Positions 48,893-58,448 of a stretch of 64,000 nucleotides of DNA are shown here, piece by piece (position 1 is the stretch's first letter; each line of letters starts with the position of its first letter). The notes beneath the pieces are model-generated. The model had not been told where the DNA came from. It worked only from the letters and a program-made list of their open reading frames with translations, and did no database searches. This DNA is from an uncultured Lachnospiraceae bacterium. GTDB taxonomy: Bacteria; Bacillota; Clostridia; Lachnospirales; Lachnospiraceae. The translations under genes and the position numbers were made by a program. The DNA is taken from positions 35,417 through 99,416 of the forward strand of contig CAREEU010000007.1 in assembly GCA_948964755.1 (NCBI GenBank), read 5' to 3'.

Positions 48893-49158
48893 GGACGCCA
48901 GAGTATGGCATTACAGTACTGTTCCGCTCTACAGAAAGTAAGAAGCTCTAAGACTTCTGAATTTAGATGCATCCAACCGGACGGACCGGGGTGCAATTCG
49001 CCCGTGCTGCGGGCTAAACACACCCCTTTTTTTGCCATTCAAGAATGGCAAAAAATCCTAATGAATCGACAGAAGTCTAAAAGCTTCTAACTTTCCTCCG
49101 AAGTCACAGTACTGCAATGCCATACTCTGGCTGTCTTTTTCCACAATATAGGTATTCT
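48893..49158 (-). repeat. LPE-1 copy H (A-type core, alpha-like flank)
   Basis: ggacgccagag tatggcattacagtactg..core (tttttttgccattcaagaatggcaaaaaa)..cagtactgcaatgccata ctctggctg tctttttccacaatataggtattc. Confidence 0.85.
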
Positions 49159-49177
49159 TTATTTCTCTTTTTTTGTT

Positions 49178-49235
49178 TTTTTAACCTATCAAGGAAGTAG
49201 CGAAGCGAATTCCGAATTTTTTTTGACTTAATAAA
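49178..49235 (-). repeat. SHE-2 minimal copy (reverse orientation)
   Basis: Reverse complement reads aagtcaaaaaaaattcggaattcgcttcgctacttccttgataggttaaaaa. Confidence 0.6.
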
Positions 49236-49243
49236 ATAAAAGG

Positions 49244-49290
49244 CAGTTATCTTATCTTTTGATAACTGCCCAAACTAATGGTGAATAAAA
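49244..49290 (-). terminator. putative rho-independent terminator
   Basis: Minus strand gggcagttatc aaaaga taagataactgcc followed by ttttattttatt. Confidence 0.45.
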
Positions 49291-49319
49291 TTTGTTATGT
49301 TCTTTCTATTTTTATAATC

Positions 49320-49445
49320 GAGTAGGGAAGGCTGCCTCCTCTACTCGCCGTGCTAAATGTCTGTCAGTTCTGCTGACATCGTTCCTTGAGATATCTGTGT
49401 ACATAAAAAAATTCCCTGTAAACATTTCGTCTACAGAGAACGCCC
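49320..49445 (+). repeat. module-5 repeat copy (contains the tRNA-Leu terminator on its minus strand)
   Basis: atcgagtagggaaggctgcctcctctactcgcc..gtcagttctgctgac..cgttccttg..tacataaaaaaa..ctgtaaacatttcgtctacag. Confidence 0.65.
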
Positions 49446-49455
49446 CTGCCAAGAG

Positions 49456-49538
49456 TGCCGCAGGCCGGACTTGAACCGGCACGAGGTCGCCCCCGCTAGA
49501 TTTTGAGTCTAGTGCGTCTGCCATTCCGCCACTGCGGC
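49456..49538 (-). tRNA. tRNA-Leu (anticodon CAA), class II with long variable arm
   Basis: Minus strand GCCGCAGTGGCGGAATGGCAGACGCACTAGACTCAAAATCTAGCGGGGGCGACCTCGTGCCGGTTCAAGTCCGGCCTGCGGCA. 7-bp acceptor, anticodon loop cuCAAaa, T-arm GGTTCAAGTCC. CCA is not encoded. Confidence 0.8.
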
Positions 49539-49688
49539 AATTCCTTAACACTTGATAAGTCTATCATAGAAATAAATCCTTGTCAACTCTTTTTTTACAA
49601 ATTTCGAAATTTGCTTGATATGGTTTTTTACAAATTTATTGTATCGTTTTTTTTAGAATTTTTCTGTAACTTTTTTTACAGTTATAAA

Positions 49689-52061
49689 CTACTCTGCTGC
49701 CCGCATCTGCTCTATTAGGGATTGTTTTTTCTGCCTACGAATCACCCAAGCGGTCAGGATAAATTCTATACTAAACAGTCCCAAGATAAACAGTCCCATT
49801 TCAAGGGTAGGAAATTGATATGGAACAATTTTGCCGCTAAAAGATCGCTTGCTCAGTTCCCTGCATACCATAACTGCAATTGGAAGTCCCATAAATAAGA
49901 CTGTCAAAATAACAAAACAGGTATAACAAAGCCCCTCACAAATATTCATCTGATATAGTTGTTTCTTTGTCAGACCAATCGAGCACAAGATACTGTTTTC
50001 CCGTTTTCGAAACATCTGATTGGAAAGTGTCGTATTGATTAAATTAATAACTCCAAACAGGAAAATCAACCAAGAAAATGCCTGCATACTCCCGAAAATA
50101 AAAGAATTTTGCCATTTCTCATATTCAATATGTGCCTCAATAGTATCCAATCCAATATTGCTGTGGTTAGACAGGATTTTTTGCAGTCCGTTTTCCACGC
50201 TCTCTGATTTTTCTGAATCACTGACAATACTCCAAGAATAGTCAAAATTTTTAATTTCAGGCAGAATCTCTTGAAATAGTGCTTCTGGTGCAAACATAGA
50301 AACACTGTCAAGAAAAAGTGCACCATGCCCATTTCCAATCTTAGTTACATCAAATAAACCACATATCGTAACAGTCGTGGTTTTTTGACCCAAAGACAGT
50401 TCCATAACCGCCCCTACCGTCATATCATCATAATGTTTATGATAATTTGTACCCAAAATAACGCTGTGTGAATCCTTCGGCATCGTACCAGATACCAGTG
50501 CAGCTTCTACTGACAAAACGTTTTCGTCAGTCAGCATATCGCACATACCTACGGAAGCATTTTTAGAAGTTCGAAATGCTGCATGTACGGATCTACGTGT
50601 AACCAGCACCTCTGCTACCCCATCCACAGATAAAATTTCCTGCCGCAGCTTTTCATTCAGCGGATTATCGATACTCATAATTTCCGTTTCTGACTGCTCC
50701 GAAGCCAAATAGATTTTATAATCTCCGTCCGAAAAAAACAGTCTTGCCGCCTGCTCCGGCGATCGAGTCAGCAGCATAGAAGATACAATTAAAAGAATCA
50801 TTCCACCCAAACTTAAAGATGCTACAATACTAACCGCCTTTCTGCGATCACGCAGAAAATTCGCTATCCCCATAGATACAGGATTTAATTTTATATGTTT
50901 CTTCCGACTGTATATTTTTTCCTGTCCCATAGAAAAACGCATTGCTTCCAGCGGTGAAATTCCGGCAGCTATTTTAACTGGTCTGCGAACAGAAACAGCC
51001 ACCATAAACCTGCAGATCCATACTGTGAAAAAAACAACCATCCCATAAGAAACAATATGAACACCTTTTGGGAATAAAACCAATCCTGCACAGACTCCCA
51101 AAAAAACTCCAAACAAAATTCCCATACTGCCAAGCTGTCGGCTCTCTCTCTTTACTATACCCCGAAGCTGTTTTGGCGTTGTGCCAATTGTACGAAGCTG
51201 TCCATAACTTCGAATCTTATTATTGACAGAGATGCAAAAAATACTCTGAATAACAACATAGCCGCCAATCAGTACAAGAATTGCAGCACCGCCAACTGTA
51301 ACAAAATCAATCGACCTTGAATAATAAGTGAAATAATTACTATTTATTCCCGCAGGAGGCAGATCATATTGAGCGGCAATCTCTTTGCAGCGGGCAGTTA
51401 TAATCTCCTGACCGAGCTGCCGATCATTCTGAAAATGTACATAGGCACGATATCCAACCGGATTAAAGCCTGCCCATTCTGTCAATGTCTCCTTTGAAAT
51501 AATAAAGACACAGATATTTTCCTCTTCCTCACTCATACCCCTCATAATACCAGTCACCATATATTCCCCTTGAAAACTTTCCGTATCCAACAGAACCGTT
51601 TCACCAATTCCAGCATTAGAGCCATAAGCAGAAAGAAAATATTCGCTGACAACAACTTCATTTGCCTGTTTCGGAAGCCGCCCTTTTACCAATTCCATCT
51701 GACTGCGGGCAATATACATCATCTCACTGTCACAGTACACATACGATGCATGATATCCCCGTTCCGAGTGCTCCTGCCCCAACAGATAATATTCACCCAC
51801 GCGGGCAAACTCTGGCAAACCTTTTAAAACTGCCACATCCGATTCATCAACACCAGTAAAAACCGCCTCATAAGTATCAGCCACCTGACGGCGTTGCATC
51901 TGTGTAATTGAAACAGATGTAATTCCTGCAAAACAAATCAAAAATGCCGCTAATCCAACCGCAACCACTACCATCAGATTCCTGCGTCTCTCACTTTTCA
52001 GACTCCTTTTTGCTAACTTCTTTACAACAGCACGGGTATCATTTTCAAAAGGCCAAGTCAT
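49689..52061 (-). CDS. ABC transporter permease with two FtsX domains (BceB/MacB-like), no adjacent ATPase gene
   Basis: 790 aa. Two FtsX-type 4-TM bundles separated by large extracytoplasmic domains. N-terminus KKLAKRSLKSERRRNLMVVVAV is typical of the family. Confidence 0.8.
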   Translation of the reverse strand: MTWPFENDTRAVVKKLAKRSLKSERRRNLMVVVAVGLAAFLICFAGITSVSITQMQRRQVADTYEAVFTGVDESDVAVLKGLPEFARVGEYYLLGQEHSERGYHASYVYCDSEMMYIARSQMELVKGRLPKQANEVVVSEYFLSAYGSNAGIGETVLLDTESFQGEYMVTGIMRGMSEEEENICVFIISKETLTEWAGFNPVGYRAYVHFQNDRQLGQEIITARCKEIAAQYDLPPAGINSNYFTYYSRSIDFVTVGGAAILVLIGGYVVIQSIFCISVNNKIRSYGQLRTIGTTPKQLRGIVKRESRQLGSMGILFGVFLGVCAGLVLFPKGVHIVSYGMVVFFTVWICRFMVAVSVRRPVKIAAGISPLEAMRFSMGQEKIYSRKKHIKLNPVSMGIANFLRDRRKAVSIVASLSLGGMILLIVSSMLLTRSPEQAARLFFSDGDYKIYLASEQSETEIMSIDNPLNEKLRQEILSVDGVAEVLVTRRSVHAAFRTSKNASVGMCDMLTDENVLSVEAALVSGTMPKDSHSVILGTNYHKHYDDMTVGAVMELSLGQKTTTVTICGLFDVTKIGNGHGALFLDSVSMFAPEALFQEILPEIKNFDYSWSIVSDSEKSESVENGLQKILSNHSNIGLDTIEAHIEYEKWQNSFIFGSMQAFSWLIFLFGVINLINTTLSNQMFRKRENSILCSIGLTKKQLYQMNICEGLCYTCFVILTVLFMGLPIAVMVCRELSKRSFSGKIVPYQFPTLEMGLFILGLFSIEFILTAWVIRRQKKQSLIEQMRAAE

Positions 52062-52302
52062 AATTCACCGCCTCCTGAACCCAAACTCCTATCCCTCTCA
52101 ATCCCCACAATTTACTCCACCAAACAGCACCATCCCGCCATCCCCCAAAAACATTCCAAACAATCCTCTGCAATACTTTCATCTTAATCTAAGACACTCC
52201 TTTCTAAACAATTTCCCTTATAGAGCCTATTATAAAATCCAAATATCACAGAAATGTCCGAATGAAACCATTCTCGTTTCATTTTTTATGACCCCATTCT
52301 TT

Positions 52303-52971
52303 CTATCTTCTATCCTCTATCTTCCCCTTTTCACAAAACGGTTTCTCGTTTCGTTTCTCACAGAACTGTTTCGAAAAAATACAACCGCAGTAATTCTGCC
52401 GATAAAGTCCATACTCCCTTGAAAGTTCAATAGAACGCTGGTATCCATTCTTCTTCTTAAAATCAGAAAAAAGATAAGGTACACCATACTCTTCTGAAAG
52501 AACCGCACCAATTTCATTTAACTTCTCTGCATTTTTCAAAGGACTAATACTCAAAGTAGTTGTAAAATAATCAAATCCCCCCTGCTGTGCCATCCGAGCT
52601 GTCTCCTCTAATCTTAACCTATAGCAACGAAAACACCTCTCTCCGCCTTCCCTTTCCCCTTCCAATCCCTTCACCGCATCAAAAAATCGCTCCTGTCTAT
52701 ACTCTCCCTCCAAAAAATGCACCGGATACCGAAACGGCATAGCAGCAATCAACCGCTTCTCCTCCTCTACCCGATACCGATATTCCTTCTCAGGAGAAAT
52801 ATTCGGATTAAAATAAAACACCGTAATTTCAAAATAATTCGATAAATACTCCATTACATAACTAGAACAAGGAGCACAACAACTATGTAAAAGAAGTCTC
52901 TTTCCTATCCCCTCCTGTTCCTGCATTTTTTCCAATATTCGTTCCAATATCTTCTGATAATTCTCAGCCAT
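52303..52971 (-). CDS. queH: epoxyqueuosine reductase QueH (DUF208)
   Basis: LLLHSCCAPCSSYV motif. 222 aa. Confidence 0.8.
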   Translation of the reverse strand: MAENYQKILERILEKMQEQEGIGKRLLLHSCCAPCSSYVMEYLSNYFEITVFYFNPNISPEKEYRYRVEEEKRLIAAMPFRYPVHFLEGEYRQERFFDAVKGLEGEREGGERCFRCYRLRLEETARMAQQGGFDYFTTTLSISPLKNAEKLNEIGAVLSEEYGVPYLFSDFKKKNGYQRSIELSREYGLYRQNYCGCIFSKQFCEKRNEKPFCEKGKIEDRR

Positions 52972-53109
52972 ACTCCTAAACTACATCCTTCCTAATTCAA
53001 AATCCCATCTCTATCCACACACCAAAAAATATCATACCACTCCTCATTCCACCAAACCACCCCAAAATTCCCTCCCATTCCCACCTGAATAAAAAATAAA
53101 AATCAAATC

Positions 53110-53376
53110 TATCGCCAGAAAGAACCAGCTGGAGTTTGGAAGCCCTTTCTCTATGCAGTGACTTCGGAGAAAAGTTAGAAAGTCTTATGCCTCTGTCGAT
53201 CTCCTAGGATTTTTGCCATCTTCTGATGGCAAAAAAGGGGTGTGTTTAGCCCGCTGCACGGGCGAATTGCACCCCGGTCCGTCCGGTTGGATATATTTTC
53301 ATTCAGAGGCATTAGACTTTCTTACTTTTCGGAGAGCGGAACAGCATAGAGAAAGGGCTTCCAAACTCCAGCGTCC
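53110..53376 (+). repeat. LPE-1 copy I (A-type core with gccatc/gatggc hairpin variant, beta-like flank)
   Basis: atcgccagaaagaaccagctggag tttggaagccctttctctatgcag..core (tttgccatcttctgatggcaaaa)..ctgcatagagaaagggcttccaaa ctccagcgtcc. Confidence 0.85.
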
Positions 53377-53510
53377 TCTACACCATCCCCCAGCTTTTCC
53401 ATCCTAATATCCACACATCATCCCCCAACTTTCCCATCTCAATATTCACACCATCCCCCCAACTTTCCCATCTCAGTATCCACACCATTCCCATTCCCCT
53501 CAACCTTCAC
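53377..53510. repeat. tandem array, about 3 units of ~37 bp, immediately 3' of LPE-1 copy I
   Basis: catcccccaactttcccatctcaatattcacac repeated with variation. Confidence 0.65.
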
Positions 53511-53519
53511 TTTTTTCTA

Positions 53520-55028
53520 TCAAGAAATCCCATACAACTTCTCATACTTTTCCGTAAGATACCCCACAAAATAATCGGGATTAAATTCCTCCCCAGTAGC
53601 TTCCTTTAAAATCTCCCGTGCCTCCTTAAAAGCACCATACTGGTGCACATACCGATGCAAAAACTCCCGTACAGCCCCAATATTTCCCTTAGAAAGCTCC
53701 GCCTCCACATCTATCTCACTCTTCATCTTAGCATAAATCTGAGCCGCAAAAGCATTTCCAAGTGCATAAGAAGGAAAATACCCAATATCCCCCATAGACC
53801 AATGTACATCCTGCAAAATCCCCACCGTATCATTCTCTGGTACCACTCCCAAATACTCCTGATACTTCTCCTTCCAAAGCCGAGACAGTTCCTCCACCTC
53901 CACTTCCCCATTTATCATCAGCTTTTCCAACTCATACCGAACCATAATATGCAGACAATACGTCAGCTCATCTGCCTCTGTTCGAATCTCATCTGCCCGA
54001 ACCCGATTAATTGCCGCTACAAACTGATCCAAAGAAACCTCCCCCAACTGTTCTGGAAACGTTTCTACTAACTTTCCATAAATAGGCACCCAAAAAGCCC
54101 GGCTCCTCCCAATCATATTTTCCATCAGCCGAGACTGTGACTCATGAATCCCACAGGAAGCTCCTTCTCCCAACACAGTCTGCGTATACCGATCCGCAAT
54201 CCCCTGTTCATAAATCGCATGTCCGCTCTCATGAATTGTAGAAAAAATTGCCCCTGCCAAATTCTCCTCATAATAATGAGTCGTAATCCGCACATCATGA
54301 TTATGCCAAGCCGTTGTAAAAGGATGTTCACTTTCCGCAATCACTCCACGATTCAAATCAAATCCAATATACTCCGCCAAAAACCGATTAAACTCCTTCT
54401 GCTTCTCAATATCATACTTCTGATACAAAAAAGAATCCTCAATCTGCGGCTTCTTTTGAATCTTTCGAAGCAGCGGAAGAATCCCCGCCTTTAGCTTTTC
54501 AAAAAATACATCTAACACTTCCACGGAAAAATCCTCTTCATAATCATCTAAAAGCACATCATACCCGTTTAATTTCTCTGTCGCACCATAAGAAGCAAAC
54601 TTTTTGCAGTATGCGATCACTTCCTTTAAATAAGGAGCAAAGATTGAAAAATCATTTTCTTTTTTTGCCCTCTGCCATGCCTTCTGCGACTTTGACTTCA
54701 GTTCCGCATAAGCCCGCTTCTCCTCCTTAGGAATTGCTTCTGTTTTTCTCAAATTTTTCTTTATTTTTCGAATAATCGCCTGCTCCGTCTCTTCCTGCTC
54801 CTTTGTCTCTTCTGTTTTAGACTCATAGTCCTCTAAAATCTTCTTTACCTGCGGATTAGTCAGACACAAAAAATCCTCTTCCGATAAAATCCCGATTACC
54901 TTTGCCGTATACTCTCCTGCTTCCTTTGGTGCAAGAGTTGCATCGTCCCAATCTAATAGGGCAAGTGCTGTCTGTAAAGCCATATGTTTTTCCAAATAAG
55001 GCACTAACTGTTCAAAAAGCTGACTCAT
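53520..55028 (-). CDS. M32-family carboxypeptidase (Taq-type)
   Basis: HESGHAIYEQG zinc motif (HEXXH). 502 aa. Confidence 0.85.
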   Translation of the reverse strand: MSQLFEQLVPYLEKHMALQTALALLDWDDATLAPKEAGEYTAKVIGILSEEDFLCLTNPQVKKILEDYESKTEETKEQEETEQAIIRKIKKNLRKTEAIPKEEKRAYAELKSKSQKAWQRAKKENDFSIFAPYLKEVIAYCKKFASYGATEKLNGYDVLLDDYEEDFSVEVLDVFFEKLKAGILPLLRKIQKKPQIEDSFLYQKYDIEKQKEFNRFLAEYIGFDLNRGVIAESEHPFTTAWHNHDVRITTHYYEENLAGAIFSTIHESGHAIYEQGIADRYTQTVLGEGASCGIHESQSRLMENMIGRSRAFWVPIYGKLVETFPEQLGEVSLDQFVAAINRVRADEIRTEADELTYCLHIMVRYELEKLMINGEVEVEELSRLWKEKYQEYLGVVPENDTVGILQDVHWSMGDIGYFPSYALGNAFAAQIYAKMKSEIDVEAELSKGNIGAVREFLHRYVHQYGAFKEAREILKEATGEEFNPDYFVGYLTEKYEKLYGIS

Positions 55029-55095
55029 AATAAACTCCTTTCTTTTTTAGCAAAACCGGAAAGCAGCCTTTTCTTCTCACTGCTTTCCGGTTATT

Positions 55096-55548
55096 TTAAA
55101 AGTATTTCTTACTTCCCCAAAGATTATTCCTTTTTAAATCCAAATATTCGTTATAAGCTTTTTCTAAAATCTGCTTTTCATTTGAAAATTTTAATAAGTG
55201 GTAAGCCTCATGAAATTTATAATAACCTGAATCCATGAAAAACTCTTCCCGCTGTGGTTTGCTGTAATAGCTGTCCGACATCATCAGATACCAGTGTACA
55301 TCTTTCTCTACCATATCAGCAGGAGTTGCAAACGTATATTGGCTTTTTCCTACATATTTAATTATATTTCCCTTTACTCCTGATTCCTCCAATACTTCAC
55401 GTAACGCAGTCTCCTTATACTCTTCTCCAGCCTCTACAGTCCCTTTTGGTAATACCCATCCCTCATATTTATTCTTATAATTTTTATATAAGAGTAAAAT
55501 CTTACCTCGAAAAATAACCACACCGCCACAGCTCGTTGCTTCAATCAT
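55096..55548 (-). CDS. NUDIX hydrolase
   Basis: NUDIX box GWVLPKGTVEAGEEYKETALREVLEESGV. Start ATG at 55548 preceded by AGGAGG. Confidence 0.8.
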   Translation of the reverse strand: MIEATSCGGVVIFRGKILLLYKNYKNKYEGWVLPKGTVEAGEEYKETALREVLEESGVKGNIIKYVGKSQYTFATPADMVEKDVHWYLMMSDSYYSKPQREEFFMDSGYYKFHEAYHLLKFSNEKQILEKAYNEYLDLKRNNLWGSKKYF

Positions 55549-55658
55549 TGCAATTCCTCCTGTCCTTTGGTGTGAAACCAAAACTAGGATAAGTATACCT
55601 CAATTGACAGAATTATGCAAGTAAATCCAAAAATATATAGAAATTTTCTGTTACTATT

Positions 55659-58427
55659 TTAGGATTCTTCCTGATCGAGAGAATACCATGTCCGAAACAG
55701 CTTATCTGCTATCGCCGCCGCTTTTGTACTTCCTGCTCCTCCCTCTTCTACAATCACACTCACTGCAATCTCTGGTTCCTCTGCAGGAGCAAACCCTACA
55801 AACCAAGAATGTGCCTCTTTCTTTACATCCCACTCTGCCGTTCCGGTCTTTCCTGCCACGGTATAATCCTCCGATGCAGCACGGCTTCCGGTTCCTTCTT
55901 CAACACACAGCATCATCCATTCTGTCAGTCTCTCTGCTTCTTCCTGGCTAATTGGTTCTCTGTACTTTTTTGGTCTATATTTCTTTACAGTAAATCCATG
56001 TGCATCTGTTATCCGATCTACAAAATAAGGCTTCATCATTACTCCGTCATTGGCAATCGCTGCTGCTATCATCGCCTGATGAAGCGGCGTCATCTCTGCC
56101 GTTCCCTGTCCGATTGCCGTCTGCATCTTCTCCCAGTCAGGTGAATCCTGCTTCCATTCAAATTGACTCGATACATAAGATAGGGCAATCGGTAAATCCT
56201 GATTTAGTAAAAAACTCTCACAAAGATCCGTAAACCGCTCTGCTGAAAGCTTTGATGCAATACTGGCAAAAGCCCCATTGCAGGATTTGGCAAAAGCCGT
56301 TTCAAAGGAAATTGTTCCATGTGCTTTTTTATGATAACACTGAATAACAGCCCCCTGATACTCATAGGAACCCTCACAAGTATAGGAAAAATCAGAAATT
56401 TCTTCTGGAAATTCTCTGGCATACTCCAATGCCGTTAAAATCTTAAATGTAGAACCAGGCGGATAACGCCCCTGCGTAGCACGATTTAATAGATAACTCT
56501 GCTCGGTATCAGGATTCTCCGAAAGCGATTCCCAGATCTCTTCTATTTGATTGGGATTATAATCCGGTTTTGAAACCATTGCAAGCACCTTTCCAGTAGA
56601 AGGCTCCATCACTACTACAGCCCCCTTTTCCTCTCCCAATGCTTCCCAAGCCGCTTTCTGAAGCGGATAATTTAACGTGGTCACAACTTGATTTCCTTTT
56701 TCTTTCTCTCCCTTTACTTCAGCCGCTATCTTTTCATAAATCGGAGCATCGGAAGTCAAAAGCTGAAAATTATAAATCTTTTCCAGTCCGTCCTTTCCAC
56801 TCTGTGAATATCCAACCACATGAGAAAACAAATTGCCAAACGGATACTCTCTTACCTCTGTCCCATCTGCTTCTACCTTTGTCTCTGCCAGAATCTCTCC
56901 GTCTGCTGACAGAATCGATCCCCGCACAACTTTTTTAGCAAACTCTTCCTGCCGCAGATTATAGGGATTATTTACAACTTCCTTACTCTCTGCTAAAAGA
57001 AAATATCCCAGATAACACGGCATCAAAATAAACAATCCGGTAAAAAGATACATAACCAGATAGAATTCCCGATTGCTGTTTCCTTTTTTTATTTGTATTT
57101 CTGACTCTATACTCTGCCCACAATCTGCCCTTACATCTGAATTTACATTTGCATTTGCATCAGAAATATACAGTCCCTGTATAATCCCATACATAATCAG
57201 AGAACTCAGCATCGAACTTCCCCCATAACTGACAAACGGAATCGTTACTCCAGTAGAAGGAATTAACTTCATCGCCCCGCCAATCGTTAAAAATACTTGG
57301 ATCCCATATTCACAGGCAAGCCCTAATGCCATATATCGATAAAAACGGTGATGCATCTGAATTGCTGCATTTAAAATTAGCAAAAGACAGCCCAAGCAGA
57401 TAAAAATAACACAGATTGCTACTAATCCTCCCATCTCTTCTGCAATTGCCGAAAAGAAAAAATCTTCCTCTACAACCGGAATCTGTGAAGGAGAGCCCTT
57501 ATTGAGTCCGACTCCTAACCATCCTCCCGTTCCGATTGCAAAAAGAGATTGTGCTATCTGATACCCTTTGCTTTCAATTACAGACCATGGATCTAACCAT
57601 GCAGTCACTCTGGTCTGAATATGAGAAAATAGCTGATATGCTGTATAGGAAGCCGCTGCCCCCGCCGCCATTCCGCCAAACAGATAAATCGGCTTTTTTG
57701 TAGCGACATAGACCATAAATACAAAGACCAATGAAAAGATCAATGCACTCCCTAAATCAGTTGAAGCAACCAAAATCAAGATATGTATTGCTGCTAAAAT
57801 TCCTGTTTTTACTACCTGCTTCCAGTCATTTCTTACCTCAAACATAGCAGCAATAAAAAATACATAGCTGATTTTTACAAATTCGGACGGCTGAAAAGAA
57901 ACACCCAGCAGTGCAATCGATAACTTTGCACCATAACTGGTCTCTGCCAAAATTAAAACAACCAAAAGCAGCAGTGCCCCGGCAATTCCATAGAGCCATG
58001 CAAATTTTCTCAATGCCTTCCACTTTTTCATAATATAGGGAATTACTGCCATAAAGACCGTACCCAATGCCAAGATTAAAAACTGCCGATTGGCCTTCCC
58101 TATCGAAAGTCTTGCCAGCATAATAAACCCTATCACCATTAACATGCAAACCAAACTGGTTAAAATCTGCGATCCCTCTGGATAAGCTGTATGGAATAAC
58201 GTCTCCATTAAAATCAGATAAACTAACTCTGCCCCATATAAAAGAATTAAATTTTCATTGCCTGTAGAAAGAAACAAGGATAAAAAACCTAAAAAATGAA
58301 CAGAAAACAGACAAATATTTAACACCGCCAGCTTTCTTTTTCTATAATAGGCAAAAGAATAATACGTATATACCATAATCAGCAGAATAATCAGATATTT
58401 TGAAAATTCCTCTATCAGATGAATCAT
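55659..58427 (-). CDS. fused SEDS glycosyltransferase (FtsW/RodA/SpoVE family) + class B penicillin-binding protein transpeptidase
   Basis: 922 aa in one ORF. N-terminal 10-TM SEDS with EEDFFFSAIAEEMG and IPFVSYGGSSM. C-terminal bPBP with STFK (SxxK), SCN (SxN) and KTGT motifs. Confidence 0.8.
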   Translation of the reverse strand: MIHLIEEFSKYLIILLIMVYTYYSFAYYRKRKLAVLNICLFSVHFLGFLSLFLSTGNENLILLYGAELVYLILMETLFHTAYPEGSQILTSLVCMLMVIGFIMLARLSIGKANRQFLILALGTVFMAVIPYIMKKWKALRKFAWLYGIAGALLLLVVLILAETSYGAKLSIALLGVSFQPSEFVKISYVFFIAAMFEVRNDWKQVVKTGILAAIHILILVASTDLGSALIFSLVFVFMVYVATKKPIYLFGGMAAGAAASYTAYQLFSHIQTRVTAWLDPWSVIESKGYQIAQSLFAIGTGGWLGVGLNKGSPSQIPVVEEDFFFSAIAEEMGGLVAICVIFICLGCLLLILNAAIQMHHRFYRYMALGLACEYGIQVFLTIGGAMKLIPSTGVTIPFVSYGGSSMLSSLIMYGIIQGLYISDANANVNSDVRADCGQSIESEIQIKKGNSNREFYLVMYLFTGLFILMPCYLGYFLLAESKEVVNNPYNLRQEEFAKKVVRGSILSADGEILAETKVEADGTEVREYPFGNLFSHVVGYSQSGKDGLEKIYNFQLLTSDAPIYEKIAAEVKGEKEKGNQVVTTLNYPLQKAAWEALGEEKGAVVVMEPSTGKVLAMVSKPDYNPNQIEEIWESLSENPDTEQSYLLNRATQGRYPPGSTFKILTALEYAREFPEEISDFSYTCEGSYEYQGAVIQCYHKKAHGTISFETAFAKSCNGAFASIASKLSAERFTDLCESFLLNQDLPIALSYVSSQFEWKQDSPDWEKMQTAIGQGTAEMTPLHQAMIAAAIANDGVMMKPYFVDRITDAHGFTVKKYRPKKYREPISQEEAERLTEWMMLCVEEGTGSRAASEDYTVAGKTGTAEWDVKKEAHSWFVGFAPAEEPEIAVSVIVEEGGAGSTKAAAIADKLFRTWYSLDQEES

Positions 58428-58448
58428 ACTCTACTACCTCCCTTGTAC

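Noticed and set aside
49312-49551. 79-aa ORF on the minus strand
   Set aside because: It runs through the tRNA-Leu gene and the module-5 repeat on the same strand, so it is spurious.
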